Source: a virus
DNA length: 24,949 nucleotides
UHGV virus genome: UHGV-0184459
Strand: one strand, 5' to 3'
Of the stretch, positions 8,570-17,829 are shown piece by piece (position 1 is the first letter of the stretch; each line of letters opens with the position of its first letter). The notes under the pieces are model-generated. The model did no database searches. It saw nothing but the letters and a program-made list of their open reading frames with translations, and was not told the DNA's origin. A program made the translations under genes and the position numbers.

Positions 8570-9403
8570 TCAGCAATTGGTCAGAGTGTCAGCGGGGGCG
8601 TTACCGCCTGTTGCACGCTGGCGGTAGTCCTGGCGGCTGTCTTCATGACTCAGCTTATTCACCAGTTCGTTAAAGGCGGTCTGCTGTGCCTGCAGGGCAG
8701 TCTCCAGCTCAGACAGACGTTCTTCCTGCTCAGACAGGGATTTTTCGGTGCGTGCGCTCAGGTTTTGCTGCTCAGTGGCGACCAGCTCCACGGCCTTATG
8801 CACATCAGAGAACCGGGCATCGTCGGACTGCTCTTTTTTGGTAAACAGCGCCGTGACACGGGCAAACAGGGACGGTTTGTCCTCCTGGATTTCTTCCAGT
8901 TCGATCACTGTTTCCTCTGCGGCGGTAAAGAGATTGGCGGGATTCTGCTTGCGGTTTGCCAGCGGGTTATGGGCTGCACTGGCGCTGAATGTCAGCATTT
9001 CCGTACCCAAACTGGCAGGGTCATCAGTGGCAGCCAGGCCGACCAGGTAGGCTTTGCCCGTATCAGCGAACTTCGGGCTGACTTCCATAGAGGTGAATAA
9101 TTTCTGGCCTTTTTTCACCAATTCCACCAGGGACTCCGTTGGCTCAACGTCGGCATACAGCGCCATCTTGCCTGCCAGCGGGCCTTCCGTGATTTCTTCA
9201 GCAAACAGCGCCGTCACCTTGCCGTAACGGTTAAAGGTGCTGTCCGGGAGATAAGACTTGATGTGCTCAAGGTTAATCAGCGCGGTATACACCGCCGGGT
9301 TGTAGCTGGCTGCCATCTGTTCCAGCCATTCACGCTGGATTTCGCGTCCGTCGGTGGTGGCACCTTCCACCCCGATGCGAAAACGCTTTGCTTTCACTGT
9401 CAT
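8570..9403 (-). CDS. O: Capsid scaffolding protein gpO
   Basis: 277 aa; MTVKAKRFRIGVEGATTDGREI...LVGLAATDDPASLGTEML...ATGGNAPADTLTNC closely parallels P2 gpO as recalled. Confidence 0.9.
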   Translation of the reverse strand: MTVKAKRFRIGVEGATTDGREIQREWLEQMAASYNPAVYTALINLEHIKSYLPDSTFNRYGKVTALFAEEITEGPLAGKMALYADVEPTESLVELVKKGQKLFTSMEVSPKFADTGKAYLVGLAATDDPASLGTEMLTFSASAAHNPLANRKQNPANLFTAAEETVIELEEIQEDKPSLFARVTALFTKKEQSDDARFSDVHKAVELVATEQQNLSARTEKSLSEQEERLSELETALQAQQTAFNELVNKLSHEDSRQDYRQRATGGNAPADTLTNC

Positions 9404-9481
9404 GAGCCGTGCTCCGTTAGAAATAACTTACTGGAGCCTTATGGTTGCGGTGATGGGGGCAGTGAAACAATGCGCGGTATT

Positions 9482-9499
9482 TGTACCGACAACCACACA
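9482..9499 (-). promoter_or_regulatory. TGT-N12-ACA element in the divergent O/P intergenic region; candidate late-promoter activator site
   Basis: TGTaccgacaaccacACA read directly; located 79-96 nt upstream of the O start; P2-family late promoters PO/PP lie in this interval. Confidence 0.45.
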
Positions 9500-9545
9500 A
9501 ACCGCAGGCGGGGAAAGCCTTCATTCAAGGCTGTAGGTTTGTGCC

Positions 9546-11312
9546 ATGAACACCACACTGACACCCGCAGATCTCGATCCCCGTCGGCAGGCCATGCTGC
9601 TGTACTTTCAGGGATACCGCGTAGCCCGCATTGCTGAAATGCTGGGCGAGAAAGTTGCAACCGTTCACAGCTGGAAGAAACGCGACAAGTGGGGTGACTA
9701 TGGGCCGCTGGATCAGATGCAGCTCACCACCGCCGCACGTTACTGCCAGCTCATTATGAAGGAGCACAAAGAAGGGAAAGATTTCAAAGAAATTGACCTG
9801 CTGGCGCGCCAGTCGGAGCGCCACGCGCGGATCGGCAAGTTTAACAATGGCGGCAACGAAGCCGACTTAAACCCTAACGTCGCCAACCGCAACAAAGGCC
9901 CGCGCCGTCAGCCGGAAAAGAATGTTTTCACCGATGAACAGATAGAGAAACTGGAAGAAATCTTCCATTCCTCCATGTTCAACTACCAGCGCCACTGGTG
10001 GGAAGCCGGAAAAACCAACCGCATCCGCAACCTGCTGAAGTCACGCCAGATCGGCGCGACCTTTTACTTTGCCCGTGAAGCCCTGATTGACGCCCTGCTT
10101 ACCGGACGTAACCAGATTTTCCTTTCTGCCAGTAAGGCACAGGCTCACGTCTTTAAGCAGTACATCATCGACTTCGCCAAAGAAGTCGAGGTGGAGCTGA
10201 AAGGCGATCCGATGGTGCTTCCTAACGGGGCCACGCTTTACTTCCTCGGCACCAATGCCCGCACGGCGCAGAGTTACCACGGCAACCTGTATCTGGATGA
10301 ATATTTCTGGATACCGAAATTCCAGGAGTTGCGCAAAGTGGCTTCCGGTATGGCTATTCACAAGAAATGGCGACAAACCTATTTTTCCACGCCATCCAGC
10401 CTGACCCACAGTGCTTATCCGTTCTGGTCCGGTGCGCTGTTCAATCGTGGGCGCAACAAAGCCGATAAGGTGGACATCGACCTGTCCCACAGCAATCTGG
10501 CCCCCGGCCTGCTGTGCGCAGACGGGCAGTACCGCCAGATAGTCACTGTGGAAGATGCGGTGCGCGGCGGCTGTAACCTGTTCGACCTCGACCAGTTGCG
10601 CATGGAGTACAGCCCGGACGAATACCAGAACCTACTGATGTGCGAGTTTGTGGACGATCTCGCGTCCGTGTTTCCGCTCAGCGAGCTGCAGGCGTGCATG
10701 GTGGACAGTTGGGAAGTCTGGACCGACTTTCATGCTCTGGCCCTGCGCCCGTTTGGCTGGCGCGAAGTGTGGATCGGTTATGACCCGGCAAAAGGTACGC
10801 AGAACGGCGACAGCGCCGGATGCGTGGTGGTGGCACCGCCAGCCGTGCCGGGCGGTAAGTTTCGCATTCTTGAGCGTCACCAGTGGCGCGGGATGGACTT
10901 CCGCGCCCAGGCTGACGCAATCAAAAAACTGACCGAGCAGTACAACGTGACCTACATCGGCATCGACTCAACCGGCGTTGGTCACGGGGTTTACGAGAAC
11001 GTGAAAGCGTTCTTTCCTGCCGTCCGGGAGTTTGTCTACAACCCCAACGTTAAAAACGCCCTGGTACTCAAGGCCTACGACATTATCAGCCACCGCCGTC
11101 TGGAGTTTGACGCCGGACATACCGACATTGCGCAGTCATTTATGGCAATCCGTCGCGCCACCACCGCCAGTGGCAACCGCCCGACCTATGAAGCCAGCCG
11201 CAGCGAAGAAGCCAGCCACGCCGATCTGGCATGGGCAACGATGCACGCACTGTTTAACGAACCGCTGCAGGGCGAATCCGCCAATACCAGCAATATTGTG
11301 GAGATTTTTTGA
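9546..11312 (+). CDS. P: Terminase large (ATPase) subunit gpP
   Basis: 588 aa; N-terminus ...LDPRRQAMLLYFQGYRVARIAEMLGEKVATVHSWKKRDKW matches P2 gpP family. Confidence 0.9.
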   Translation: MNTTLTPADLDPRRQAMLLYFQGYRVARIAEMLGEKVATVHSWKKRDKWGDYGPLDQMQLTTAARYCQLIMKEHKEGKDFKEIDLLARQSERHARIGKFNNGGNEADLNPNVANRNKGPRRQPEKNVFTDEQIEKLEEIFHSSMFNYQRHWWEAGKTNRIRNLLKSRQIGATFYFAREALIDALLTGRNQIFLSASKAQAHVFKQYIIDFAKEVEVELKGDPMVLPNGATLYFLGTNARTAQSYHGNLYLDEYFWIPKFQELRKVASGMAIHKKWRQTYFSTPSSLTHSAYPFWSGALFNRGRNKADKVDIDLSHSNLAPGLLCADGQYRQIVTVEDAVRGGCNLFDLDQLRMEYSPDEYQNLLMCEFVDDLASVFPLSELQACMVDSWEVWTDFHALALRPFGWREVWIGYDPAKGTQNGDSAGCVVVAPPAVPGGKFRILERHQWRGMDFRAQADAIKKLTEQYNVTYIGIDSTGVGHGVYENVKAFFPAVREFVYNPNVKNALVLKAYDIISHRRLEFDAGHTDIAQSFMAIRRATTASGNRPTYEASRSEEASHADLAWATMHALFNEPLQGESANTSNIVEIF

Positions 11313-12346
11313 TGGGAAAGAGTAAGAAGAACCGAGCTGCGGCGACGAAACAGATCCAGCTTAAAAGTCAAACTACAGCCGAAGCATTCAGCTTCGGCGA
11401 TCCCGTTCCTGTTCTGGACCGCCGTGAACTGCTGGACTATGTGGAATGCGTACAGATGGACCGTTGGTATGAGCCGCCCGTCAGCTTTGACGGACTGGCG
11501 CGCACCTTCCGCGCCGCCGTGCATCACAGTTCCCCGATTGCAGTAAAGTGCAACATTCTGACCAGTACCTATATCCCTCATCCGCTGCTCAGCCAGCAGG
11601 CTTTTTCGCGTTTTGTGCAGGACTATCTGGTATTTGGTAACGCCTACCTGGAGAAACGCACGAACCGCTTCGGTGAAGTTATCGCCCTTGAACCTGCCCT
11701 GGCAAAATACACCCGACGCGGGTTAGACCTGGATACCTACTGGTTTGTGCAATACGGTATGACCACTCAGCCATATCAGTTCACGAAAGGCAGCATCTTT
11801 CATCTGATGGAACCGGACATCAACCAGGAGATCTACGGCCTGCCCGGTTATCTTTCTGCTATTCCATCCGCCCTGCTCAACGAGTCTGCCACGCTGTTCC
11901 GCCGCAAGTATTACATTAACGGCAGTCATGCAGGCTTCATCATGTATATGACCGACGCCGCGCAGAACCAGGAAGATGTGAACAACCTCCGCAACGCGAT
12001 GAAAAGCGCCAAAGGTCCAGGCAACTTCCGCAACCTGTTTATGTACTCGCCTAACGGCAAAAAGGACGGGCTTCAGATCATCCCGTTGTCAGAAGTCGCA
12101 GCGAAAGATGAATTTCTGAACATCAAGAACGTGAGCCGGGACGACATGATGGCGGCGCATCGTGTGCCGCCACAAATGATGGGGATAATGCCTAATAATG
12201 TCGGGGGGTTTGGGGATGTTGAGAAGGCGGCGCGTGTTTTCGTACGTAACGAACTTACACCACTCCAAGGCCGCGTGATAGAAATTAACGAGTGGCTGGA
12301 TGATGAAGTGATTCGCTTTAACCCATACCTGACTGAGGAAGATTAA
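11312..12346 (+). CDS. Q: Portal protein gpQ
   Basis: ATG at 11312 overlapping the P stop (TGATG); 344 aa; follows P as in the P2 P-Q operon. Confidence 0.9.
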   Translation: MGKSKKNRAAATKQIQLKSQTTAEAFSFGDPVPVLDRRELLDYVECVQMDRWYEPPVSFDGLARTFRAAVHHSSPIAVKCNILTSTYIPHPLLSQQAFSRFVQDYLVFGNAYLEKRTNRFGEVIALEPALAKYTRRGLDLDTYWFVQYGMTTQPYQFTKGSIFHLMEPDINQEIYGLPGYLSAIPSALLNESATLFRRKYYINGSHAGFIMYMTDAAQNQEDVNNLRNAMKSAKGPGNFRNLFMYSPNGKKDGLQIIPLSEVAAKDEFLNIKNVSRDDMMAAHRVPPQMMGIMPNNVGGFGDVEKAARVFVRNELTPLQGRVIEINEWLDDEVIRFNPYLTEED

Positions 12347-12433
12347 CGCTCACCTGACCTATCCTTCATATCAACCGCTCTTCCTGGGGCGGTTTTTACC
12401 CCCACTTCAATAGACGGTTTAGGGATGACAATC

Positions 12434-12453
12434 AAAACGCTCCTAAGAGCGTT
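12434..12453. terminator. Short hairpin (AAACGCTC-loop-GAGCGTTT) between convergent Q and the Toprim-like gene; possible bidirectional terminator
   Basis: 8-bp inverted repeat read directly; flanked by T-rich tracts on both strands; overlaps the stop codon of the 12443..13162 gene. Confidence 0.35.
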
Positions 12454-13162
12454 TCTGTTTACGGTTTGACTCTATTTGTTTTTTTAGCTGGATAAGCCTT
12501 TCAACTAACTCAAACACTTTTGTACTTGGATTATCAGTATCGCTAGCTTCAGCAGCCTGTAAACTTCTCTTAGCCCTAAGGACTACTTCATTTAAATCTT
12601 TTGACTCTAAAGCGTTTAGGGTTTTCTGAAAAATCCCTTTTGAGCCTTTCTCATAGTCCTTAATATATTTTCTTAACTCATTTACAATTTGATTTCCTGA
12701 ACTATTACCAGGTAAATTTCTAAATGCCTTTGTCGAATAGGTATAATGTAGAAGTAACCAATATTCAAAACAAGGTACTGAATTCACAGTAAACCAAGTT
12801 GAGCTTGGTTTACTTCTCCTGATAGCGTCAAGCGCTGCCATGTAATCAGAGTGGGCATCCTTATCAATCACTACAAAGATTTGATCATAAGGAGCCCCCT
12901 GTTCAGTCATTTTTTTATGCTGTTCTTTTGCATGACGAACAACACACATAGGACTAGAGCCACATTCTCCAGTTACATCAATTACACTTGCTGTAAGTAA
13001 TTCAAAATGATTTATCAAATCCTCAAAGTAATTTGGTTCAGTTTTTTTACCCTCACAAACAATTAATATTTTAGCGAGAGGGGATTTTATTGCATTACGT
13101 CTTGCTAGATCCTTAGCCGTTTTAGGGGCACGTTTCTTTTTGAATAAATCCTCGCTTCCCAT
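12443..13162 (-). CDS. Toprim-like (RloB/AbiLii-like) protein, candidate nuclease partner of the upstream ATPase
   Basis: 239 aa; N-terminal ILIVCEGKKTEPNYF (conserved Glu) and downstream IFVVIDKDAHSD (DxD) fit a Toprim/RloB pattern; C-terminal NPST motif; ATG 1 nt after the ATPase stop; AT-rich codon usage unlike the phage backbone. Confidence 0.6.
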   Translation of the reverse strand: MGSEDLFKKKRAPKTAKDLARRNAIKSPLAKILIVCEGKKTEPNYFEDLINHFELLTASVIDVTGECGSSPMCVVRHAKEQHKKMTEQGAPYDQIFVVIDKDAHSDYMAALDAIRRSKPSSTWFTVNSVPCFEYWLLLHYTYSTKAFRNLPGNSSGNQIVNELRKYIKDYEKGSKGIFQKTLNALESKDLNEVVLRAKRSLQAAEASDTDNPSTKVFELVERLIQLKKQIESNRKQKRS

Positions 13163-13163
13163 A

Positions 13164-14429
13164 TCAAATCCCCGTCAATTTCTTGATGAACGGCAATGCT
13201 CCATACCGACCGTCTAGGTATGCGGCTTCTAAATTTTCTCTTCCTTTCCTTGGACTAAAATCAGTCAATGGATATAGATTAGTTTCACTGAGTTCATTTT
13301 TCTCACAAAACCAAACTTGATCACGTCTAAAAATGCTTTGATTCAGAATGGATGTTTCATGTGTTGAGAAAATTAACTGCGCACCTTTTTTATTAGTAAC
13401 CGGACTATTAAAAAGATTTACCAAGAAACTAACCAACTTTGGATGCAATGTATCGTGAAGCTCGTCGATTAATAGTACATATCCATTATCGAGCGCATCT
13501 AACCATGGACCAGCTAAAGAAAAAAGCTTTTGAGTGCCATGAGATTCCTCTTCAAGAGAAAAACTTACCGGCTCACCTTTATCGTTATAATGGACAGTAG
13601 TAACATCAAAAACTTCTTTATCCTTCATATTAGAAATAACGATTTTTTTGATATCATCTGGCATATCAGATGGCAAATCATCTGGATTAAATTTTTCTCT
13701 CTTAACTAAAACATCATCAATGCCAATATCTGCAGCTTGCAAAAAATTCAAGATATCTTTCTTCATATCCTCGGTGCAGCGTTTAGCGGAGAATGTATTA
13801 GCCCATCCATTAATTCCAGAAAGTCTCAGTGTTTTTTTAAACCAAGTAAAAACAGGCTTAAGCTGCTCGCTATTTAATTGAACAGCTGTAGACAAGAACA
13901 GGGCATTATTTCTAGTTGAACGCTGCCAAACTTGTTTTTCACCAAGTAGTGATGCGCCAAAATCCCAATCATATTCCTGCTTCTCTTCATCCCAAGCTCT
14001 GAAATACCACTTTTGAGGCCTTCCTTTTGGGTACGCAAAGAGCCATTCATCAATAATTCTTTCATTTGTAGCAGAAAAACCAAATTGATACCGGGTGCCC
14101 TCTGCAATAAAAGTAACTTCAAATTCAGTAGGTTTTTTAATTGAATCTGAATCAAGCTTGAAGGGGAATACGGGAACCTCTTCACCAGCCTGAGAGTTAG
14201 ATGCAGAGTGGATAACTAAATCCATCATAGCCCTGACAGCCAGAAGTACATTCGACTTGCCCGCTGCATTCGCACCGTAAATAACAGCTGACTTTAGAAC
14301 ATTAAGGTTAACGTTTCCCTCTACTGTAAAGATATTCTCTTCTAACTCGTTACTTTTGTTAGCAATAAGTGAAAGTGTTTGTTTGTTTTTGATTGAGAGA
14401 TAGTTCTCAACATTGAATTCAATAAGCAT
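13164..14429 (-). CDS. AAA/ABC-type ATPase (AAA_15/AAA_21-like), candidate anti-phage defence ATPase
   Basis: 421 aa; Walker A GANAAGKSN, Walker B/D-loop LLIDELHDTLHP, H-loop-like FSTHETSIL; strong AGGAGG Shine-Dalgarno; AT-rich. Confidence 0.75.
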   Translation of the reverse strand: MLIEFNVENYLSIKNKQTLSLIANKSNELEENIFTVEGNVNLNVLKSAVIYGANAAGKSNVLLAVRAMMDLVIHSASNSQAGEEVPVFPFKLDSDSIKKPTEFEVTFIAEGTRYQFGFSATNERIIDEWLFAYPKGRPQKWYFRAWDEEKQEYDWDFGASLLGEKQVWQRSTRNNALFLSTAVQLNSEQLKPVFTWFKKTLRLSGINGWANTFSAKRCTEDMKKDILNFLQAADIGIDDVLVKREKFNPDDLPSDMPDDIKKIVISNMKDKEVFDVTTVHYNDKGEPVSFSLEEESHGTQKLFSLAGPWLDALDNGYVLLIDELHDTLHPKLVSFLVNLFNSPVTNKKGAQLIFSTHETSILNQSIFRRDQVWFCEKNELSETNLYPLTDFSPRKGRENLEAAYLDGRYGALPFIKKLTGI

Positions 14430-14607
14430 TTTTACCCTCCTGGTGGTTGAATAATCTTAGTTGCAAAAGCAACAAACGTCACCAACAACCAAATCTTAAG
14501 GCATTTTATGACAAAAAACGTCAAAATGGTACTCATAAAATGAATTTAAACCAGTTTATTAGACTTAACATCTAATATTTACGGCTAGCTTTCGCCCTGA
14601 ACGCGCG

Positions 14608-14626
14608 CTCGTATCCCCGCCACGCC
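14608..14626. other. Candidate cos cohesive-end site (reverse orientation), GGCGTGGCGGGGATACGAG
   Basis: Reverse complement of 14608..14626 matches the first 13 nt of the 186/P2 19-nt cohesive end as I recall it (GGCGTGGCGGGGAAAGCAT / GGCGAGGCGGGGAAAGCAC), then diverges; lies between the packaging genes and the tum/A region as expected. Confidence 0.35.
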
Positions 14627-14829
14627 TGCCCGCTTTATGTAGTGGTTTTCATGCACCTGCATGATCTACGCAAAAGCCCGCCAGTTCTGGCAGGCCTTAG
14701 CAAAAACGATCCTCAAACGATCATGCGATCTCATGCGGCATAGACATGCACCACAGAGCTAACGCCTCGCACAGCTCGTTGTTCAACCTTGCTGACGCCA
14801 GAAGCAAGTTCAGACGCCAGCAACGTTTC

Positions 14830-15063
14830 TTAATGCAGCCAGCTGTCGTCTTCCCACACCTTCTGCATAATTTTCATCACTTGTTTTCTTTCTTCGTCCA
14901 GTTGCAGTCCGGTCAGTTCCACACCGTTAGAGCTACCTTTGCGGATACGAATTACCGTTTTGGGATACAGGGGGCGCAGATTGCGGTAAAGCTCGGATTC
15001 AAGGGCGTCCAGTGTAGACTGGCTAACCTTCTGCTCTTTATCGATCATTATTTCAATGCGCAT
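14830..15063 (-). CDS. DinI-family protein (Tum C-terminal-like, SOS-inducible antirepressor module)
   Basis: 77 aa from ATG 15063 with GAGGTG Shine-Dalgarno; MRIEIMIDK...LDALESELYRNLRPLYP...LTGLQLDEERKQVMKIMQKVWEDDSW parallels E. coli DinI as recalled. Confidence 0.75.
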   Translation of the reverse strand: MRIEIMIDKEQKVSQSTLDALESELYRNLRPLYPKTVIRIRKGSSNGVELTGLQLDEERKQVMKIMQKVWEDDSWLH

Positions 15064-15073
15064 AAAAGTCACC

Positions 15074-15262
15074 TCAGCTGATGACATCCATTGAGCGGTT
15101 GTATTCGTGGGTTCTGATTTTTGCCATGAGTTCATCTGTCAGTTCAGAAACCCACTGCAGGGCCAGCCCCTTCTCTTCATCACTACACTCACTAGCCGCT
15201 ACAAGCTTAAGAAAAAAATCAATGCGCTGGAGCTTCAAAGACTCCAAAAAATAGTCCTGCAT
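15074..15262 (-). CDS. Small protein upstream of and translationally coupled to the DinI-like gene (possible Tum N-terminal-equivalent)
   Basis: 62-aa ORF, ATG 15262 with AGGAGG Shine-Dalgarno; its stop TGA overlaps the Shine-Dalgarno of the DinI-like gene; LexA box about 45 nt upstream. Confidence 0.45.
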   Translation of the reverse strand: MQDYFLESLKLQRIDFFLKLVAASECSDEEKGLALQWVSELTDELMAKIRTHEYNRSMDVIS

Positions 15263-15304
15263 CTTTCCTCCTATGACACCAAAGCAATACTGTATACATA
15301 ACCA

Positions 15305-15320
15305 CTGTTTATATTTACAG
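15305..15320 (-). promoter_or_regulatory. LexA (SOS) box CTGT-N8-ACAG upstream of the tum-like operon
   Basis: CTGTTTATATTTACAG (minus sense tACTGTAAATATAAACAGtg) matches the LexA consensus CTGT-N8-ACAG with AT-rich spacer; a second half-site TACTGTATACATA at 15288..15300. Confidence 0.6.
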
Positions 15321-15414
15321 TATATAATAATCTTACTGATGTAAAACGTTTTTTTATGCTCATCAGCCTGATATGCCTGGTATTATTAAGAGCACGAATT
15401 GTTAACCCGCGTAA

Positions 15415-17829
15415 TTAATACAGGTTTCGCCACTTATCATCTTCCTGCAAACGCTGGTTCCGATAGAAGATACGCAGGCCTGCTCCTGACGGAATACTGC
15501 CGCCGCGAAGCAGTAAATCGACCTCTTTCTCGCTGCCATCAAATCCCCTGGACTTCAGTTCATACACGAGCTGCTGTCGCTGATGATCTGTAATTCGCTG
15601 TTTGTAGTCTTTACGCCGTTTCGGTTTCACAAGGCGTAACCTTGCTGCCAGTTCCCGGCGCTCTTTTTTGCTCATACTGTGCAGGTAATCGTGCAACTCC
15701 TTGTCATCCATGCGGGTGATATCCGTTCTGGTATCTCCATCAGCTGATTTGTCTTTCCCTTGTTGGTACAAATTTTCAGCAAGGGGACAGTTATTGCCAC
15801 GAGTCCAAGGGGCGCAAGCGCCCTGGTCGGCTGCCGCCTCCTGAACGTCAACGGCTTTACGAACCATTTTCCACTTCACTGCATGAGTGCAGATCTTGCC
15901 CTCTGCAATGGGTGACCAGATGCCATAAATACGAATGCCGTGATCGCCATAGGCGGTCGGCTCTTCGTTGATTTCATAAGCGGTTCTGATGAGGTGATAT
16001 TTACGGGGAACCAGTACGCCGCCCTGCTTCATGATGTAGGTGGCAAAACAACCAGCATCAGCAGCAGCCAGAATGGCATCAAGACGCGGGTTATCCAGTA
16101 CCGGCGCACCTGCTTTTTTGTCACCCTGTTGCCTTGCCGCCTGACCAGCCAGCAAGCGAAGTTCACGGTAAGCCTGACGCCCCGGAATACCAAAGAAGCG
16201 GAATTGCTGAACACGATGCAGAGACGCCCAGGCATTCACGTATTCAGCGTTATCACGCAGAGATTTACCCGTTTCCTTGCTGATCTCGCCAGCCAGACCA
16301 CGACCGTCAATGTTCTTACTGATATATTTCGCGATGTAGCTTGTCGGCGTTCCTTTGCGCGGGTTAATCAACTCAGACTTAAAGCGCGGCCCAGTGTTAT
16401 TGCCCAGCTCCTCGCGGTCTTCACGGATGGCAAACTTACGCAGTAATGCAGTGATGGCACGGCGGTCTTTTTTGCGCATGAAACACAACAGGTGCCAGTG
16501 AACTGTGCCATCATGATGCGGCTCAGCCACCCGCACGCCATACCAGCGCAACCCGGCTTTGTGCATCGCCTTACGAAATGCAGCAAACATGCCGACCAGA
16601 TAATCGCTGCTTTGTCTTACCGTCGCGTTTGTCCAGGTCGGGTTTGGTCTGCCGTTATTTAGCGTGGAATGGAAACGCGACGGACAGGTGATAGTGTAGA
16701 AAACGGCGCAGTCACCGCGCATTTCCGCGATAAGCTCCAGACCTTTAACACAGGCCATCATCTCATTGCGGCGATGCGCAGGGTTGCTGCTGCTGGCGTT
16801 TACCACATCCTCCATGTCCAGCGTGTCGCCGTCTTCGTTCACCAGTTCATGAGAACGGAAAAACTCCAGCGACTTACGGCGCTGCTCACGTTTATGCATC
16901 ACGGCTTCATAGCTGACATAAGGAGATGCTTTTTTGCTGACCAGGCAAACAGCGCGCAACTGCTCTTCCCGCCATTCGCAACGCATCTTCCATAATTTCC
17001 GATACCACCAGTCGGCGCACAACATACGCGCCAGCGAACCCGGAATGAGTTCATAGGGCACGGGTTTACGGCGGTTTCTTTTCCGACGGAGTTGCTCAAA
17101 CGCAGGTGGGATGACATCCAGACGCAGGGTTTCCGCTGCCACCTTTTCCCATGTCTTGCGGATTTCTTCTGGCTTAACGTCATCGGTGGCATACAAATCA
17201 CCACAAGCTGCATCAAGGCACATACTCATATGCGCAGCTACCAGGGTGGACAGGCGTTTCACCTGATCCTGACTCATTTCAGGCAGGATCAGCAGGCCGT
17301 CCAGCCCTTCATGGCTTGCCATAAAGCGAAAAGATGCAGATAGCTGACTGTCGCGTACATGCTCCAGTCGTTCCAGACATGGCTTAATCGTCTCACGTAA
17401 ATAGCGGGAATAAGCCTTTGGCCTGCCCAGGCTGCTGAAGTATTCAATACGTTGCATCAGCGGCTTGCTGATATGGGAAGGCTGGGCGTTGACGTCCGCC
17501 AGAATGACCATGTCTGAATTAAAACGCTGCTGCTCATGCGCCAGCTTTGCCCGGCTAATGAGCTTATCCTGCTCCATTTCGCGCTGGACAGGATCACGTG
17601 ATTCATTAAAGAAATAACGCTCCCAGACCTGATCACTCAGTGCCTCGCGGCGCAACTGTTCCTGCTCGTTATCGGCAGCGTACAGAGTGATCAGGTTTGA
17701 AAGCGTAGAAACCGGCGCAACTTCCGCCGGGTCCAGATAAGGGTTAATGGCCTTTTTCGGGCTGTTCCATGAGAATGCTGCGGCAGCCTCGTTAAAGCCG
17801 CAGCAGTTGTTCATATCGGCATGACTCAT
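15415..17829 (-). CDS. A: Rolling-circle replication initiation protein gpA
   Basis: 804 aa; HUH motif ([10 protein letters not shown]) and tyrosine motif ([10 protein letters not shown]); size and position as P2/186 A. Confidence 0.9.
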   Translation of the reverse strand: MSHADMNNCCGFNEAAAAFSWNSPKKAINPYLDPAEVAPVSTLSNLITLYAADNEQEQLRREALSDQVWERYFFNESRDPVQREMEQDKLISRAKLAHEQQRFNSDMVILADVNAQPSHISKPLMQRIEYFSSLGRPKAYSRYLRETIKPCLERLEHVRDSQLSASFRFMASHEGLDGLLILPEMSQDQVKRLSTLVAAHMSMCLDAACGDLYATDDVKPEEIRKTWEKVAAETLRLDVIPPAFEQLRRKRNRRKPVPYELIPGSLARMLCADWWYRKLWKMRCEWREEQLRAVCLVSKKASPYVSYEAVMHKREQRRKSLEFFRSHELVNEDGDTLDMEDVVNASSSNPAHRRNEMMACVKGLELIAEMRGDCAVFYTITCPSRFHSTLNNGRPNPTWTNATVRQSSDYLVGMFAAFRKAMHKAGLRWYGVRVAEPHHDGTVHWHLLCFMRKKDRRAITALLRKFAIREDREELGNNTGPRFKSELINPRKGTPTSYIAKYISKNIDGRGLAGEISKETGKSLRDNAEYVNAWASLHRVQQFRFFGIPGRQAYRELRLLAGQAARQQGDKKAGAPVLDNPRLDAILAAADAGCFATYIMKQGGVLVPRKYHLIRTAYEINEEPTAYGDHGIRIYGIWSPIAEGKICTHAVKWKMVRKAVDVQEAAADQGACAPWTRGNNCPLAENLYQQGKDKSADGDTRTDITRMDDKELHDYLHSMSKKERRELAARLRLVKPKRRKDYKQRITDHQRQQLVYELKSRGFDGSEKEVDLLLRGGSIPSGAGLRIFYRNQRLQEDDKWRNLY

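Noticed and set aside
8011-8673. 220-aa plus-strand ORF
   Set aside because: Antisense to the major capsid gene N; GC-rich genes commonly show long spurious antisense ORFs.
12347-12442. Alternative cos location in the Q-proximal intergenic region
   Set aside because: No similarity to the 186/P2 cohesive-end sequence was seen there, whereas 14608..14626 shows a 13-nt match.
14746-15081. 111-aa plus-strand ORF
   Set aside because: Antisense to the DinI-like gene, which has a proper Shine-Dalgarno and family similarity on the minus strand.
15063-15262. Possibility that the 62-aa ORF and the DinI-like ORF are one frameshifted tum pseudogene
   Set aside because: Not called a pseudogene because the stop-Shine-Dalgarno-ATG arrangement looks like ordinary translational coupling; the frameshift alternative is kept as a finding because I cannot align to 186 Tum here.
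15940-16446. 168-aa plus-strand ORF and other ORFs inside 15415..17829
   Set aside because: Embedded antisense within the replication gene A, which has HUH and tyrosine motifs on the minus strand.
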